Of a stretch of 64,000 nucleotides of DNA, positions 36,701-50,864 are shown piece by piece. Both the position numbers and the translations under genes were made by a program. This DNA is from Mobula hypostoma (lineage: Eukaryota), in assembly GCF_963921235.1 (NCBI RefSeq), contig NC_086108.1:94118001-94182000 (forward strand), read 5' to 3'. The notes below the pieces were generated by a model. The model did no database searches, had not been told where the DNA came from, and saw nothing but the letters and a program-made list of their open reading frames with translations. Each line of letters begins with the position of its first letter. The first letter of the stretch is position 1.

Positions 36701-39526
36701 ACTGTGAGCAATGGAGTGAATTTTAGTTCACCAGATAACCCATCACCGTGACAGGGAGATTAGAGTGCCTGGGGAGGGGTGTGGGGAGCAGGGATCTCTG
36801 CTTTTCAAAGTCTCGTTCTCAAGTGCTGCACTTTGTGTTTTGTTTTGTTTCATGAACTTGCAGCAAGACCAAGCTGTTACCTGATTAACAGTAAACTTGG
36901 CTGCAGTTGAAATGATTGCTGTCTGCTTCACGGCTTACAGGCTGCAATAGTGCTACTGTGGTGAGTGTGGTGACTCACGGTGGGTTTGATCCTACTGCCT
37001 CTCTGTGGCTAATTCATTATACTGACCCAGGAGGCAAGAAGCAGAGATCTTCTCTTCATTGGGAGAGGGGACAAGTTATGCGGGGTGGGGGTGGTATTTA
37101 ATTCCAAGCTGGCTTTACAGTAGCAGGGACTTGTTACGGTTGGGGGCAATGTTTACACAGTTTATTCATTTAGAGATACAGCATAGTAACAGGCCCTTCT
37201 GGCCCAGTGAGTCTGCCGTGCCCAGATTAACCTAACTGCTACATCTGGCAACCGGAGCACCCAGAGGAAACCCACGCGGTCAAGGGGAGAATGTATGAAC
37301 TCCTTATAGACAGCGGCAGGAATTGAACCAGGGTCACTGCCGCACTAATGGCCTCGATACTTCCACTGAGAATTAAGCTGCTGCTGTTGATTCTTCCGAT
37401 GACAGTGGAGATGTGAATGGGAGCCCCCTTTGCACGTTGGGAGATGGGCCAGAATAACAGGGGCCCCCTCTTCCTGTCCACCATCCACACAGTGGCCGCA
37501 GCACCACTCAAGAGCTTGGCAAAACAAGTGTGAGGAATTCACTGACCGATGACCAGATGTACGGTCCGTCACCGAGCAGTGACCTCTTCCAGCCGTAGAA
37601 TTATCATAGCATGCAATGAGGCCTTTGATTCTCAGTCTGGTCCATGTAGAGATATTCCGTCAATCCTATGTCTTCCCCCTCCTTCAGAATCTACCTCCAT
37701 CATTCCCCCGTGGCTCTGCACCGATGGCAGTACGGTGAGCAGCAAGTCGATCTGTTGCCACGTGGCTCCAGAGCCCTGGGTTCATTCTTGACCTCTGGTG
37801 CTGACTATGTGGAGTGTGCATGGCCTGTGACCATGTGGTTTTCCTTTGACGAGGGTTGCAGATGTAGGAAAGGGGCAGGCAGAAGCTGCAGGCCAGAGAG
37901 CATATGGATGATGAATGAATGGGACCTGCAGGGTGAGGACACCTACTCTCACACAGTACTGTGCTAAAGTCATAGGCATGTACACATATATAACTAGGGA
38001 GCCTAAGACTTTTGCAGAGTACTATAATACTTTTATGCATTGCACTGTTGTACTACCACAACAAATTTCATGACACACGTGAGTGATGATAAACCTGATT
38101 CTGATATGGGTCTTTATTGTGGTCTGAGAGTGGGAAGCGGGCAGGGCGAGGGGAGGGAGGGGGAAGCACTGGAGAGACATTCCTTAATGATCAATAAAGC
38201 AATTATTTGGAATCAAATGACCTAGTGTCTCAGAGCTGGGTGTGTCTGCACGCATGCCCAAGGCACTCCTCCCGCGGCACTCCACCCTCGCCATTCCCAA
38301 CATCATTTGCTCCCATCAGATTTACAAACTCTCTCTCTGCTCCATACAGTACTCTACAAAAGTCTCGGGCACCTCAGCTATATATATGTGCTTAAGACTT
38401 TTGCACAGTACGGTATCCCTCAGAGTAATTTGTGGGCTCGTGTTACAACTGCAATAACCAATATATTCAGAACAGATTTAGATCACGAGGCCTTAAGATG
38501 TAGGAGCAGAATTAGGCCATTTGGCCCATCGAGTCTGCTCCGCCGTTTCATCATGGCTGATCCATTTCCCCCTCGGCCCCAATTTCCTGCCTTCTCCCCG
38601 TGTCCCTTCACACCCTAACGAAACAAGAGTCCAACAACCTCTGCCTTAAATATACCCAATGACCTGGCCTCTACAGCCGCCTGTAGCAATGAATTCCACA
38701 GATTCACTACTCTCAGGCTAAAGAAATTCCTCCTCATCCAGATTTCACCATTCCTCTGGATTTGCACCTTTCCTGTTACCTGCAGTTTCATGGAGAAAGT
38801 GATTATCCAGAAGTTGAAAGATGATATTTGCTCAGGAAGAGTGACTTGTCTAATCTTTAAGTTTGTTACTCTTGTATGAGTATAAACGCAATCTCATTCT
38901 CGCTTAATCTCATCTGTAACCCACAAACCCACCCACCCACCCACAACAACCCAGACGGGACCTCCTGACTAAGTAGTATACAAACGGCTTGCTTAGTTCA
39001 AAGTCCAAATAATTTATTATCAAAGTACATACAGTATATGTCAACCTATACAACCTTGAGATTCATTTTCTTGCCGGCAATCACAGCAAACACAAGAACC
39101 AGAATAGAATCAGAGGAAGACCCACCCAACCAGACGGACAACAACCGATGTCCAAATCACAATAAACAGTGCAAATAACAAACAAATAAATAAGCAATAA
39201 ATATTGATAACGTGGGATGAAGAGTCCTTGAAGGTGAGGTCATAGGTTGCGGGAACAGTTCAGCGATGGAGCGAGTGAAGCTATTCCCACTGCTTCCAAG
39301 AGCCTGATGGTGGTTTCTGAACCTGATGGTGTGAGCCCTGAGGCTCCTGTACCACCTTCCTGATGGCAGCAGTGAGAAGACAGCATGGCCTGGGTGGTGA
39401 GCGTCCCTGATGATGGATTCTGCTTTCCTGTGACGGTGCTCCATGTAAATGTGCTCAATTGTGGGGAGGGCTTTACCCATGATGGACTGGGCTATATCCA
39501 CTAATTTTCTGTTCAAAGGCATTGGT
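33777..39526 (+). repeat. Tandem segmental duplication, copy 1 (~5.75 kb)
   Basis: 33777-37053 matches 39524-42820, and 39142-39526 matches 42823-43203. Near-identical ORF pairs appear in the ORF track. Confidence 0.95.
36325..36560. mobile_element. Palindromic Penelope-tail element (two tails head to head); duplicated at about 42092-42322
   Basis: Arms of about 90 bp invert around position 36420, where two degenerate hammerhead motifs meet. Confidence 0.75.
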
Positions 39527-42500
39527 GCAGATGAGAATTACCGGTATGCAGCCTGGATTGGAGAGTTTGTCTTATGAGAACAGGTCACTGAGCAAGCCAG
39601 AGCTTTTCTCGTTGGAGTAAAGGGGGATGAGAGGCAATTTCATAGAGGCATTGATAGAGTGGACAGCCAGCACCTTTTTCCCCAGGACAGAAATGGCTAA
39701 TACAAGAGAGCATAATTTCAAGGTGATTGGAGGAGAGTGTAAGAGGATGTCAGAGGCAGGTTTTTTATACAGAGAGTGATGGGTCTTCATCACTTAATTC
39801 TGAATGTACAGTAATAGGCTGTTTTATTTGCTTTGTATTTGGAGTATTGTGTACAAGTTCTGGTTACCACACTACGGAAACGATGTGGTAGCTATACCGT
39901 GAGTGCAGAAGAGATTCACCCGAAAAGTTGCCTGGAATAGAGGGCAGCCGTTATGAAGAGGGTTCAGATTGGCTGGGTTTATTCTCACTGGCTGAGGGTC
40001 ACCAGAGGGTGATTATGAGGGGCAGAGAAAAGACAGATGATCTTTTTTTTTGCCTCAGGGCAGGTAAGTCTTCAACTAATTAACACAGATTTAGATGAGA
40101 GGAGAGAAATTTAAAGGGCAAACACAAGATTCTGCGGATGCTGGAAATCCTGAGCAACACACACAAAATGCAGGAGGAACTCAGCAGGTCAGGCAGCATC
40201 TATGGAGGGGAGTAAACAGTCAAGACCCTTTATTAGTCCTGATAAAGGTCTGTTTATTCCTCTTCATAGAGATTCTATGCTGTAATATATCAATGAATAA
40301 ACCTAGGTTAAGGTGGAAATAAATTTAAAAGTAACTGCAAAGACTAGAAATTTGAATCAAATCTAGAAAATGCTTAGCAGCAAGTGTGGAGAGAGAAACA
40401 TAATTAATATTACAGTTTATCAGAACTGGGAAAGAGAGAAGTTTAGTCTCACATTGAGGAAGAGTGCTTGGTGTGGTGGGGTGAAAGCAGTGGAGGTAGA
40501 AAGGAAGAAGGTAACGTGCCTGATAGGGTAAGGCCAGGGTTGCCATGAGTATAAAATAATCTGGTTAATGACAGCAGTTAGGGATAATCTGGACCAAGTG
40601 TTGTGAAATGCAGGGCTGCGGGAGATGTCTGACCATACTAATGGAGAGAGTAAAACAGCCAACATCACCCATGGGTGACGTATCCAGTGCAGATGGACAG
40701 TTTTAATACAGAGTAAACAGGCCATTGAATTCAGTATTGAACCTGGAAGTCTGCAAAGTGCCGAAATGGAAGATGAGATATTCTTCCTAAAGCTTGTGTT
40801 GGGCTGCGTTGTAACAGGGCAGGAGAACACAGACGGAGAGATCAGAACGGGAATGGGAAGGGGGAATTAACTAGTGGCTGAGGGTCACTCCTGCAGATCT
40901 ACAAAGTAATCATCCAATCTGCACGGTAGAGAAGGCCACATTGTGAACGCTGTGACTGGAAGAAATGTGTGTGATTCACGGCTTCACCTGACACATGTTG
41001 ACATGGAATGGCTTGTTTACGAGTGTTCACACTTATCTTTACCAGTGGCAGGTTCTTGCAGGTTTGACTGTAAGGCTGAAAACATTTCTTATGCAGCGAT
41101 CTACTTGGAAAATCTCACTCTCAAGGACTTTTCAACTCATGTTCTCGATATTTGTTACTTTTTATTTATTATTATTATTATTTTGTTTTTTTGGTATTTG
41201 CACAATTTGTTGTCTTTTGCACATTGGTTGTCTATATTTGTTGTGTGCAGTTTTTCATTGATTCTATTGTTACTTACTGCGAATGGCCCATAAGGAAATG
41301 AATCTCAGGGTTGTATATGGTACTTTATAATAAATTTACTTTGAACTTTTAAAAGAAGTCAGAAGCAAACTTAGATGTTGTAAGTCTAATTAATTTTATT
41401 GGCTGTAGTTGATACAGCACATAATCTTCCGTTGTAACTTTCCATTCTTGCTCCCTCTCTTTTCACCCTGGCCATCCACTCTGCCACTTTCATCTTTCGT
41501 TTCCGTGCCTCGATCTTCCCGGTTAACTTGCCCAGTTAAAGATAAGGTATCAGCCTTGGCTCAGTGGTATCTCGCTCAATTCTGGTTCAGGAGATCTGTT
41601 GCAACTGCTCTTTACCATTCTCTCTGGCGGAAGGTTATATGGGGAGGGGAAATGAGGAAACATTGCTCAGGTGGGAATAAGGCCTAGTGCTGCTGAACTG
41701 CTTGCCGAAGAGCACAGGTTACTAGGCAACCTCAAACATGGACGTTCTTGAGCTGGCCAATAGACTGAGGTTAACACAGAACATATGAGTTATCGTTTAA
41801 AGGCCAAAGTAAATGCGAAATACATTTGCTCCATGTTCATGTGATACACAGCACTGATTTATTTATTTATTGAGATACAGCGAGCCCTGATTTAATCTAT
41901 TCCTAATCACGGGACAATCTAGAATGATCAATTAACCTACCAACCAGTACGTCTTTGGAGTCTGGGAGGAAACCAGAGAGCTTGGAGAAAGCCCACACAG
42001 CCATGGGGAGAACGTACAAACTCCTTTCAGCAATGTGTGCTGTGAAAATTAAATTAACCAAATTATACTTAATGAACTCTAAATAGATTGTGCACACTCT
42101 AAATGCTGGAGGAGCTCTGCAGGTCAGGTAGCATCTATGGAGAAGAATAAACGGTCAACGTTTTGGGCTGAGGCTCTTCATCAGTCCGAATGAAGGGTCT
42201 TGTCCTGAAGCGTTGACTGTTTATTCCTCTCCATAGACGCTGCCTGACCTGCTGAGGTCCTCCAGCATTTTGTGTGTGTTGTTCAAGATTTCCAGCATCT
42301 GCAGAATAGAATCTCTTGTGTTCTCTATAGAGGTGCTATTGCTTTTTCAATGTTTTCAGTAGGTTGTGTGAAACTGTCCTGTTGTGAGGGAGATTTCTTG
42401 ATGCCAAGATGAAATATTTAGCTTTGATGAGCAATTGGTGCCGATGTTATCATGGATGAGGAATGCTACTGTGAGCAATGGAGTGAATTTTAGTTCACCA

Positions 42501-43203
42501 GATAACCCATCACCGTGACAGAGAGATTAGAGTGCCTGGGGAGGGGTGTGGGGAGCAGGGATCTCTGCTTTTCAAAGTCTCGTTCTCAAGTGCTGCACTT
42601 TGTGTTTTTTTTTGTTTCATGAACTTGAAGCAAGACCAAGCTGTTACCTGATTAACAGTAAACTTGGCTGCAGTTGAAATGATTGCTGTCTGCTTCACGG
42701 CTTACAGGCTGCAATAGTGCTACTGTGGTGAGTGTGGTGACTCACGGTGGGTTTGATCCTACTGCCTCTCTGTGGCTAATTCATTATACTGATCCAGGAG
42801 GCAAGAAGCAGAGATCTTCTTGCAACCAATGTCCAAGTCACAACAAAGTGTGCAAATAACAAATAAATAAGCAATACATATTGATAACGTGGGATGAAGA
42901 GTCCTTGAAGGTGAGGTCATAGGTTGTGGGAACAGTTCAGTGCTGGAGCGAGTGAAGCTATTCCCACTGCTTCCAAGAGCCTGATGGTGGTTTCTGAAGC
43001 TGGTGGTGTGAGTCCTGAGGCTCCTGTACCTTCTTCCTGATGGCAGCAGTGAGAAGACAGCGTGGCCTGGGTGGTGAGCGACCTTGATGATGGATTCTGC
43101 TTTCCTGTGACGGTGCTCCATGTAAATGTGCTCAATGGTGGGGAGGGCTTTACCCATGATGGACTGGGCTATATCCACTACTTTTCTGTTCAAAGGCATT
43201 GGT
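39524..43203 (+). repeat. Tandem segmental duplication, copy 2 (~3.7 kb; lacks ~2.1 kb present in copy 1)
   Basis: Junction ggcatt-GGT-gcagatgag. The equivalent of 37054-39141 is absent at about 42821. Confidence 0.95.
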
Positions 43204-43454
43204 ATTTCAACAGGACATTGGTGTTTCCAAAACAGAATCTGATCAGCAACTTTTAAAATTACTGACACTTCCCCACCCCCCCACCCCCCTTTGCCACCTT
43301 TCCCTCGGTATCACATTCCGTCCAGGGGAATATGCACTCCAGGCCCTTGAACTCCAATCTTGGAGATGTGTTTGCACCCTGTCCGCCACTCTTGAGTGAG
43401 ATGTTGTTAATCTGATGAAAACCTCTCACTGAATGTCAGAAAATGCAAAGAGTT

Positions 43455-44255
43455 GATCATTGACTAGAGGAGGTAGAAACCGGGTGTCCGTGAGTCAATC
43501 CTCATTAGGGAAATGCAGGTGGAGAGGGTCAGTAGCTTTAAATTCCTTGGCATTATCCTATCAGGATCTGTCCTGGGACCAGCACTTAAGTGACATGACA
43601 ACGAAAGCACAGCAGCACTTCTTCTTTCTTGGAAATTTGTGTGGATTCATCATATCATCAAAAACTTGGACAAATTTCTATAGATGCGCAGTGGAGGATA
43701 TCCTAACTGGTTGCATCATGGCCTGGTATGGAAACACCAATGCCCAGGAATGGAAGAGGCTACTGAAAGCGGTGGATACAGCCCAGTCCATCACAGGCAA
43801 AGTCCTCCCCACCACTGAGTACTACACACCTACAAGGAGTGCTGTTGCAGAAGAGCAGCATCCATCATCAAGGACACCCCACTGTCCAGGTTGTGCTCCC
43901 TTTTCGATGTTGCCATTGTGAAGGAGGTATGGGAGCCTCAGGTCCCACACCACCAGGTTCAGAGATAGTTATTACTCTACAACCATCAGTTTCCTTAACC
44001 AGCATGGATAATTTCACTCACCACGACTCTAAGCTGCTTCTATGATCTGCAGACTCACTTTCAAATACTCCTTACAACTCATGTTCTCAGTATTATTTGT
44101 ATTTGCAGTGTTTGTCTTTTGCTCATTGGTGTTTGTCAGTCTTTGTTCATGTATAGCTTTTTGTGAAATTCTGTTACATTGCTTCCTGTAAACAGCTGCT
44201 AGAAGATAAATCTTATTAACATATATGCACTTTGATAATAAATTTACTTCGAACT
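43455..44255 (+). mobile_element. Rex1/Babar-type LINE 3' fragment
   Basis: TNFYRCAVEDILTGCIMAWYG and the family 3' UTR. Confidence 0.8.
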
Positions 44256-44399
44256 TCCAACTTTTTGAAGTTTGGACGTGGCAACAACCTGGCATCAAAC
44301 AGGAAGAGAGCTGATTATTGGTCATTTGGTACCAATTTCACTTTTACATTGTACCTTGGAGATATGTTGCTGGGCGGTGAGGAATGCTGGAACAATAAA

Positions 44400-44900
44400 A
44401 TTCAGAATCGAAAGCAGAATCAGGTTTGACGTCACTGGCATATGCCGTGAAATTTGTTGTTATGCAGCAGCTGTACACTGCAAAGCATAATAATAAAACT
44501 GAAGACTGTAAGTTTATATAATTGTTATATTAAATAAATAGTGCAAAAAAAAGTAGTGAGGTTGTGTTCATGGGTTCAGTGTCTATCCAGAAATCGGACG
44601 GCAGAGGGGAAGAAGCTGTTCCTGAATCGTTGTGTGTGTCTTCAGGCTTCTGTACATCCTTCCTGATGGTAGCAATGAGGAGAGGGCATGACCTGGGTGA
44701 TGGATGCTGCTTTTTTGACACATCCCTCTTTGAAGATGTCCTGCATGCTGGGGAGGCTAGTGCCCATGATGGAGCTGACTGAGTTCACAACTTTATGTAG
44801 CCTATTTCAATCCTGAGCAGTGTCTCCCCCATACCAGACAGTGATGCAGCCAGTTAGAATGCTCTCCACACTACACCTGTAGAAATTTGCGAGCGTCTTT
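44400..44900 (-). mobile_element. Rex1/Babar-type LINE 3' fragment
   Basis: Matches 12006-12560. Confidence 0.75.
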
Positions 44901-46229
44901 GACCTCTGTCTTCAAATAGGTTGTTTTTCTCTTTCTCAGTTCATCCTCTCTAGAGCTGCTTTTCTATCTATCCAGAAAATGCATTGTGTTACAAGCAGGC
45001 AGGCTTGTGATCAGGGCTGGTCTTTTACCCACTGGCCTAACAAAAAGGGACGCTCCCATTTCTCCATAAGTAGGCCAGCTTGTGACAGCACATGTATTTG
45101 AAGTTGAATAACACTTTCAATTCGTGGCTTTCTGTCCAGGACCGGACAGGTGTTGGCAAAGATGGGTTTCTGTCAGCACCTGTTGTTCCCTGTGTTTTGT
45201 GCTTGGTGCTGTGTAGAGGTCATGCTGTCAGTGTGACATTTACCCAAGCTGTATGTCTGTCTGTGTGAGCATCCTCTGAAGGTAAAGTGATTTACACACT
45301 GCAGCTGTTCAGTCTTTCTCCATGTCACTTCATGAGGTTGGCTTAGAAACAGGGCTGTCAGCTGTGGAGTCAAACTCCACCTGTAACCTGAGCTGGTAGA
45401 TTAGGGATGGAGCCAGCTTTTGAATGAAATGTTGAAGCTGAAGTGCAAACAGCCTCCAGAATCTGCAGGCCTTTGTTGTCTCCACATATCACCTCTGCTC
45501 CTTTCCTCCTTTCCTTCCCCCACTGGGTCCATCAGCCCTTCCCTACCGAGATCAGAATCCAAATCCAGATTATCGTTATGGGCATAAGTCATTCCATTTG
45601 TTGTTTTATGGCAGCAGTGTAAAGCAGAACTAATTACTGTAAGTCACGGTGAAAATACAGAGTGTAGGAGAGGACTGGTGAGGTAGCGTTCATGGATTGA
45701 TGGTCTAGAATCAGAATCACAATCACATTTAATATCACCAGCTTATGTTGTGAAATCTTTTGTCTTTGTAGCAGCAGTACAATGCAATACATAATAGAAA
45801 AAACGGTGAATTACAGTAAATATATATAGTTAAGTAGGACAAAAATAGAAATAAAAAAGTAGTGAGGTAGTGTTCATGGATTCAATATGCATTCAGAGAT
45901 TGGATGGCAGAGGGGAAGAAGCTGTTCCTGAATCATCGAGTGTGTGCCTTCGGGCTTCTACTCCTCAGCTTTTTCTCTCCGGTCCTGCTGAAGGGTCTCA
46001 GCCTAAGATGTCAACTGTACTTTTTTCCATGGATGCTGCCTGGCCTGCTAAGTTCCTCCAGCATTTTGTGTGTGTTGCTTGGATTTCCAGCATCTGCAGA
46101 TTTTCTCTTGTTAGTGAAATGCTCCATTTGCTTTAATGATTGCACAGTCCAAGGATGTTTTTTTTCATTAATTTGTTGAGATTCAGCATGGAACTCGCCC
46201 TTTGAGCTGTGCTCCAAGCAAGCCGCGAT

Positions 46230-46420
46230 ATAACCCTGGTGTAATCAGGGGAAAATTTACAATCACCAATTAACTTACCAACAGATATGTCTTTGCCTGA
46301 GGGAGGAAACCAGAGCACCCGGAGGAAACCCACGCAGTCTCTGGAAGAATTCTTACAGACAGTGGCAGAAATTGAATCTGGGTTACTGGTACTCTAAAGC
46401 GTTGTGCTAACCACCACTCT
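46230..46420 (-). mobile_element. V-SINE/HE1-like SINE (representative; related copies near 9130, 13140, 14320, 37170, 46500, 47640, 51010, 52440)
   Basis: Minus strand contains gcgtgggtttcctccgggtgctctggtttcctccc, the V-domain-like core, preceded by a degenerate A/B-box head. Confidence 0.6.
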
Positions 46421-47909
46421 GCCTTGCCACCCCAAAAATATGGAATGCTTCTAGGGCAGCCTGCAAGTGTCTCCACACAGGCATGCCCCAAACTTACTAA
46501 CCTAACCCATACGTCGTTTAGAATGTGGGAGAAAAGCAGAGCACCCAGAGGGAACACCCACAGTCGTGGTGAGAACATATAAACTCCTTACAGACACAGC
46601 AGAATCAGAAACGGAATCAGGTTTATTATCACCGGCACGTGACGTGAAATTTGTTAACTTGACAGTAGCAGTTCAATGCAATACATAATATAGAAGAAGA
46701 AAAAGTAAAAATAAATAAGTAAATCAATTACAGTATATGTATATTGAATAGATTAAAACTCGTGCAAAAGCAGATATATATTAAAAAAGTGCGGTACTGT
46801 TCATGGGTTCAATGTCCATTTAGGAATCGGATGGCAGAGGGGAAGAAGCTGTTCCTGAATCACTGAGTGTGTACCTTCAGGCTTCTGTACCTCCTACCTG
46901 GTGGTAACAGTGAGAAAAAGGCATGCCTTTTTGCTGATGCTGAGCAGAGATTGAACCCCAATCTTTCCATCGCCGGTGCTGTAAAGCATTATGCTAACCA
47001 CTATGCTACTGTGTTGCTCTTCCCCGGTATCTCAGGCCTTGCCTGATAACGGTGAATTCTCAGTTCCAGCTGCATCTACTCTGTAACCATTTATGCATTT
47101 TCTGTTCCTCCCAAACCCATTCATTCTGGAGATAACATTTGATGTATCATAATTAAATTCCCACATTATTAGCTGGGGAGGACACTGCACTTTGTCGAAG
47201 GAACATTCACACTGGGCCAACTGGCAGGTGTCCAAAGCAGTCTCTGAGGATGGGACTGGGAGGTGTTCGAGGCACTTCTGCACGCCTGGTTCATTATTGG
47301 CATTTGGTTAATTAACGTTTGGTTCGGGCTGAATGTGAGTGTGGAAAACTGATCTCAGTGCAGTGACCCACCTGCATTGTGGGCCTCTGTCTAGGCTTGC
47401 AGTTCTCATATGTCTCGTGTTTCACTGAAGACCATTTGACCCATTGAGTCTATGCCAGCTCTCAGAGCAATCACATCAGTCTGCTTCCCCCACTTACTTC
47501 CCTTATTCACCTGTTCAGTGTTTTTTTTTGATTTGTACAAGTTGACCATATTTGCGTGTTGGTTTCTCGTCCGTCTTTGTGTGCAGATTTTGATTGATTC
47601 TATTGCATTCCTTTGTTCCACGGTTACAGTCCGTTTGGGGGTAACATGGTAACGTAGCGACTAACAGACTGCTTTGTGGCACTGGTGACCCAGGTTCGAT
47701 TCCCTCCGCTGCCTGTAAGGAGTCATATGCTCTCCCCGTGACCACGTCCACTCTCCTCCCACACTCCAAACACGCACGGGTTAGTAAGTTAAATGGGTGT
47801 AAGTGGGCGGAGTGGGTTTGTTGGGCTGCAAAGGCCAGGTACTGTGCTGGATCCCTAAATAAATAAAATGCTGTGAATGCCAGCAAGAAAATTAATTTCA
47901 GTACAGCAT

Positions 47910-48240
47910 TTAGGACATAGAACATAGAAATCTACAGCACATTACAGGCCCTTCGGCCCACAATGTTGTGCCGACCATGTAACCTATTCTAGAAACTGCC
48001 TAGAATTACCCTACTGTGTAGCACTCCATTAAGAGCTCCATTTAAGAGCTCTTAAAGGACTCTTTTGTATCCGCCTCTACCACCATCGCTGGCAGTGTAT
48101 TCCACGCACCCACCACTCTCTGTGTGAAAATCTTACCTCTAACATCCCCCTTCTATCTACTTCCAAGCACCTTAAAACTGTGCCCTCTCGTGTTAGCCAT
48201 CTCAGCCCTGGGAAAAAGCCTTTGGCTATCCACACGATCA
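47910..48240 (-). mobile_element. CR1-type LINE 3' end with (aacatag)n tail
   Basis: TRGHSFK-like remnant on the minus strand. Confidence 0.7.
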
Positions 48241-48284
48241 ATGACTCATCCACATGATCAATGCCTATTTGAGGGCATATACAC

Positions 48285-49745
48285 TCAAAGTTCAAAGGAA
48301 GTTGTTTATCACCATATATAACCTTAGGATTTATTTCCTTGCAGGCATACTCAATAAATCCATAATAGAATATTAACCTTATCAGGATCAATGAATGGCC
48401 ACACCAATTTAGGCATTCAACCATGACTGCATATGACAACAAACTTTGCAAATACCAAAAGTAAGAAGTAGTAATAATAATAAATAAATAAGCAATAAGT
48501 ATTGAGAACATGAGCTGAAGAGTCATTGAAAGTGAGCCTATAGGTTGTGGGAATATTTCAATGATAAGGCAAGTGAAGTTGAGTGCAGTTATCCCCTTTG
48601 GTTCAAGAGCCTGATAGTTGAGGGGTGATAACTATTACTGAACCTGGTGTGGGTCTTGAGGCTCCTGTACCTTCCTGATGACAGCAGCAGGAAGAGAGCA
48701 TGGTGGGGTCCCTGATGATGGATGCTGCTTTTCTGCAGCAATATTTTGTGTAGATGTGCTCATTGTTGGGGAGGGCTTTACTTGTAATGGACTGTAGAAT
48801 TCTCCACTCAAAGGCATTGGTATTTCCAAACCAGGCTGTGGTACAGCCAGTCAATATGCTCTCCACTACACATCTAAAGAAGTTCATCAAATTTTTTGAT
48901 GTCATGCCAAATCTTCGTGAATATCCAAGGAAGTAGAGGCACTGCCGTGCTTTCTTCATAATTGCATTTGTGTGCTGGGGCCAGGGCAGGTGTTCTGAAA
49001 TAATAACACTGAGGAATTTAAAGTTGCTGACTCTCTCCACCTCTGATCCTCAGATGAGGACTGGCTCATGGACCTCTGGTTTCATCCTCCTGAAGTCAAT
49101 AATCAGCTGCTTAGTCTAGCTAACATTGAGTAAGAGGTTGTTGTTATGGTACCATTCAGCCAGATTTTTAATTTCCCTGCTCTGTGTTGATCTGCACCAC
49201 TTTTAATTCAGCCCACGACAGTGGTGTCACCAGCAAACCTGAATATGGCATTGGAGCTGTGCTTAGCCTCAGTCATAAGTGTAAAGCGAGCCGAGCAGAG
49301 AGAGAAGCAAAACACAACAAACTGTGCAAATACGAAGAGCAATAATAATAAATAAATAGCAATAAATATTGAGAACATAACATGAAAAGTCAGTGATGGG
49401 GCAAGTGAAGTTATCCCCACTGATTCAAGAGCCTGATGGTTGAGGGGTAATAACTGTTCCTGAACCTGGTGGTGTGAGTCCTGAGGCTCCTGGACCTCCT
49501 TTTTGATGGCAGCAGTGAAAGCAGAGCACAGTCTGGGTGGGGGTGGAGGTGGGGGTCCCAGTCCCTGATGATGGACACTGCTTTCCTGTGACAACACTCT
49601 GTGTCGATGTGCTCAGTGGGAGGGCTTTATCCCTGAAGGACTGGGGTGTATCCACTGCTTTTTGTAGCACTTTCCATTCAGGGGCATTGGTGCTTCCATA
49701 CCAGGCTGTGATGCAGCCAGCCACTATACACTCCACCACACATTA
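48285..49745 (-). mobile_element. Two consecutive Rex1/Babar-type 3' fragments (48285-49290 and 49305-49745)
   Basis: KKARQCLYFL...VESILTGCTTAWFG and a second VECIVAGCITAWYG remnant. Confidence 0.8.
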
Positions 49746-49791
49746 TTAGACCACAGCATTGTTTGCTGTCTTGTCTGTTGAGCAAGTAGAG

Positions 49792-49871
49792 CAGGGACTA
49801 CCAACCTTTTTTATGCCATGAAGCCTTACCACTAACCGAGGGGTCCATGGACCCCAAGCTGGGAACCCCTG
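49792..49871. mobile_element. 80-bp hAT (Charlie/Buster-type) MITE
   Basis: Termini CAGGGACTACCAAC / GCTGGGAACCCCTG. 8-bp TSD aagTAgag at 49784-49791 and 49872-49879. Confidence 0.85.
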
Positions 49872-50783
49872 AAGTAGAGTACCCCTAATGTTACTCATTG
49901 GTAGGAAATTCAAGTGGGACACAGAATACAACATTTAATGAAAAGGTGGTTCTTGGAGGGCTGGAGACCCTTACAGGAAAAGGAGATGTGAAAATGTTTA
50001 ACACGATGAAAAATTTAATATTTTTTCAGTGGAATGGAAGGTCAGTGTAGCTCAGCCAGATTGGGGACTGGAAGGTCAGTATCCTGTGTGTATTAGATAT
50101 GGGCAGTAGGGTTTTTGATTAGTGGCTTTTACAGACTTTAGATGTGTGACTTGTGGATTATCTCTTGCAAGCAAGGCCATTGTTGGGTAGCCAATGAGCC
50201 TTGAACTCAGAACTGTATCTATCTTCATGGAAGAGTTCACATGAGTACATTATGAAGATGAAGCAAAACAAATGCACTTCTTAACAATGAGAAATGGTCT
50301 TTAAAAGGCATTTGAACCAGTTCCTCATTAGGAAAAGTTTATAGAGACGTGGCCAAATGCAGGCAACTGGGACTAGCTTTGAAAAGCACCTTTGTTGGCA
50401 TGGCTGAGATGGGCTGAATGGCCTCTTTATGAAGTCTACAGATAAAGGACTAGTAAGTGAGCTCTCGATAGCATGGATACGATGGGCTGAAGGTCCTGTC
50501 TCCGTGCTGCATGACTCTAAGACTCGGTGTTGCTGCTTATATTTGCCTTGCCTTGCCTTGCACCCTAAACTCCTGGTGGAGTCGTTGGGGCACCGTCATT
50601 TATCCCGTTTAAACAAATATGGTCCCTAATGAGGGAAAAGCAAAAAAGCTGCAGGTGCTGGAAATCTGGAAGAAACACAGCAAATACTGTAAAAGGGTCT
50701 CAGCCCGAAAAGCCGACTCCTTATTCTTCTCCTCAGAAGCTGCCTGATCTGCTAAGCTCCATTTTGTGTGTGTTACTCTAAGT

Positions 50784-50864
50784 CAGGGGTTCCCAAACAT
50801 TTTTAATGCCAAGGACAAATACCATTAAGCGAGGGGTCCATGAACCCCAGTTTGGGAACCCATG
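50784..50864. mobile_element. 81-bp hAT (Charlie/Buster-type) MITE, same family
   Basis: Termini CAGGGGTTCCCAAAC / GTTTGGGAACCCATG. 8-bp TSD ctcTAagt at 50776-50783 and 50865-50872. Confidence 0.85.

Noticed and set aside
33777..43203. Assembly artefact as the explanation for the duplication
   Set aside because: Reciprocal indels, scattered substitutions and a microhomology junction favour a real event, though read evidence is needed to exclude it fully.
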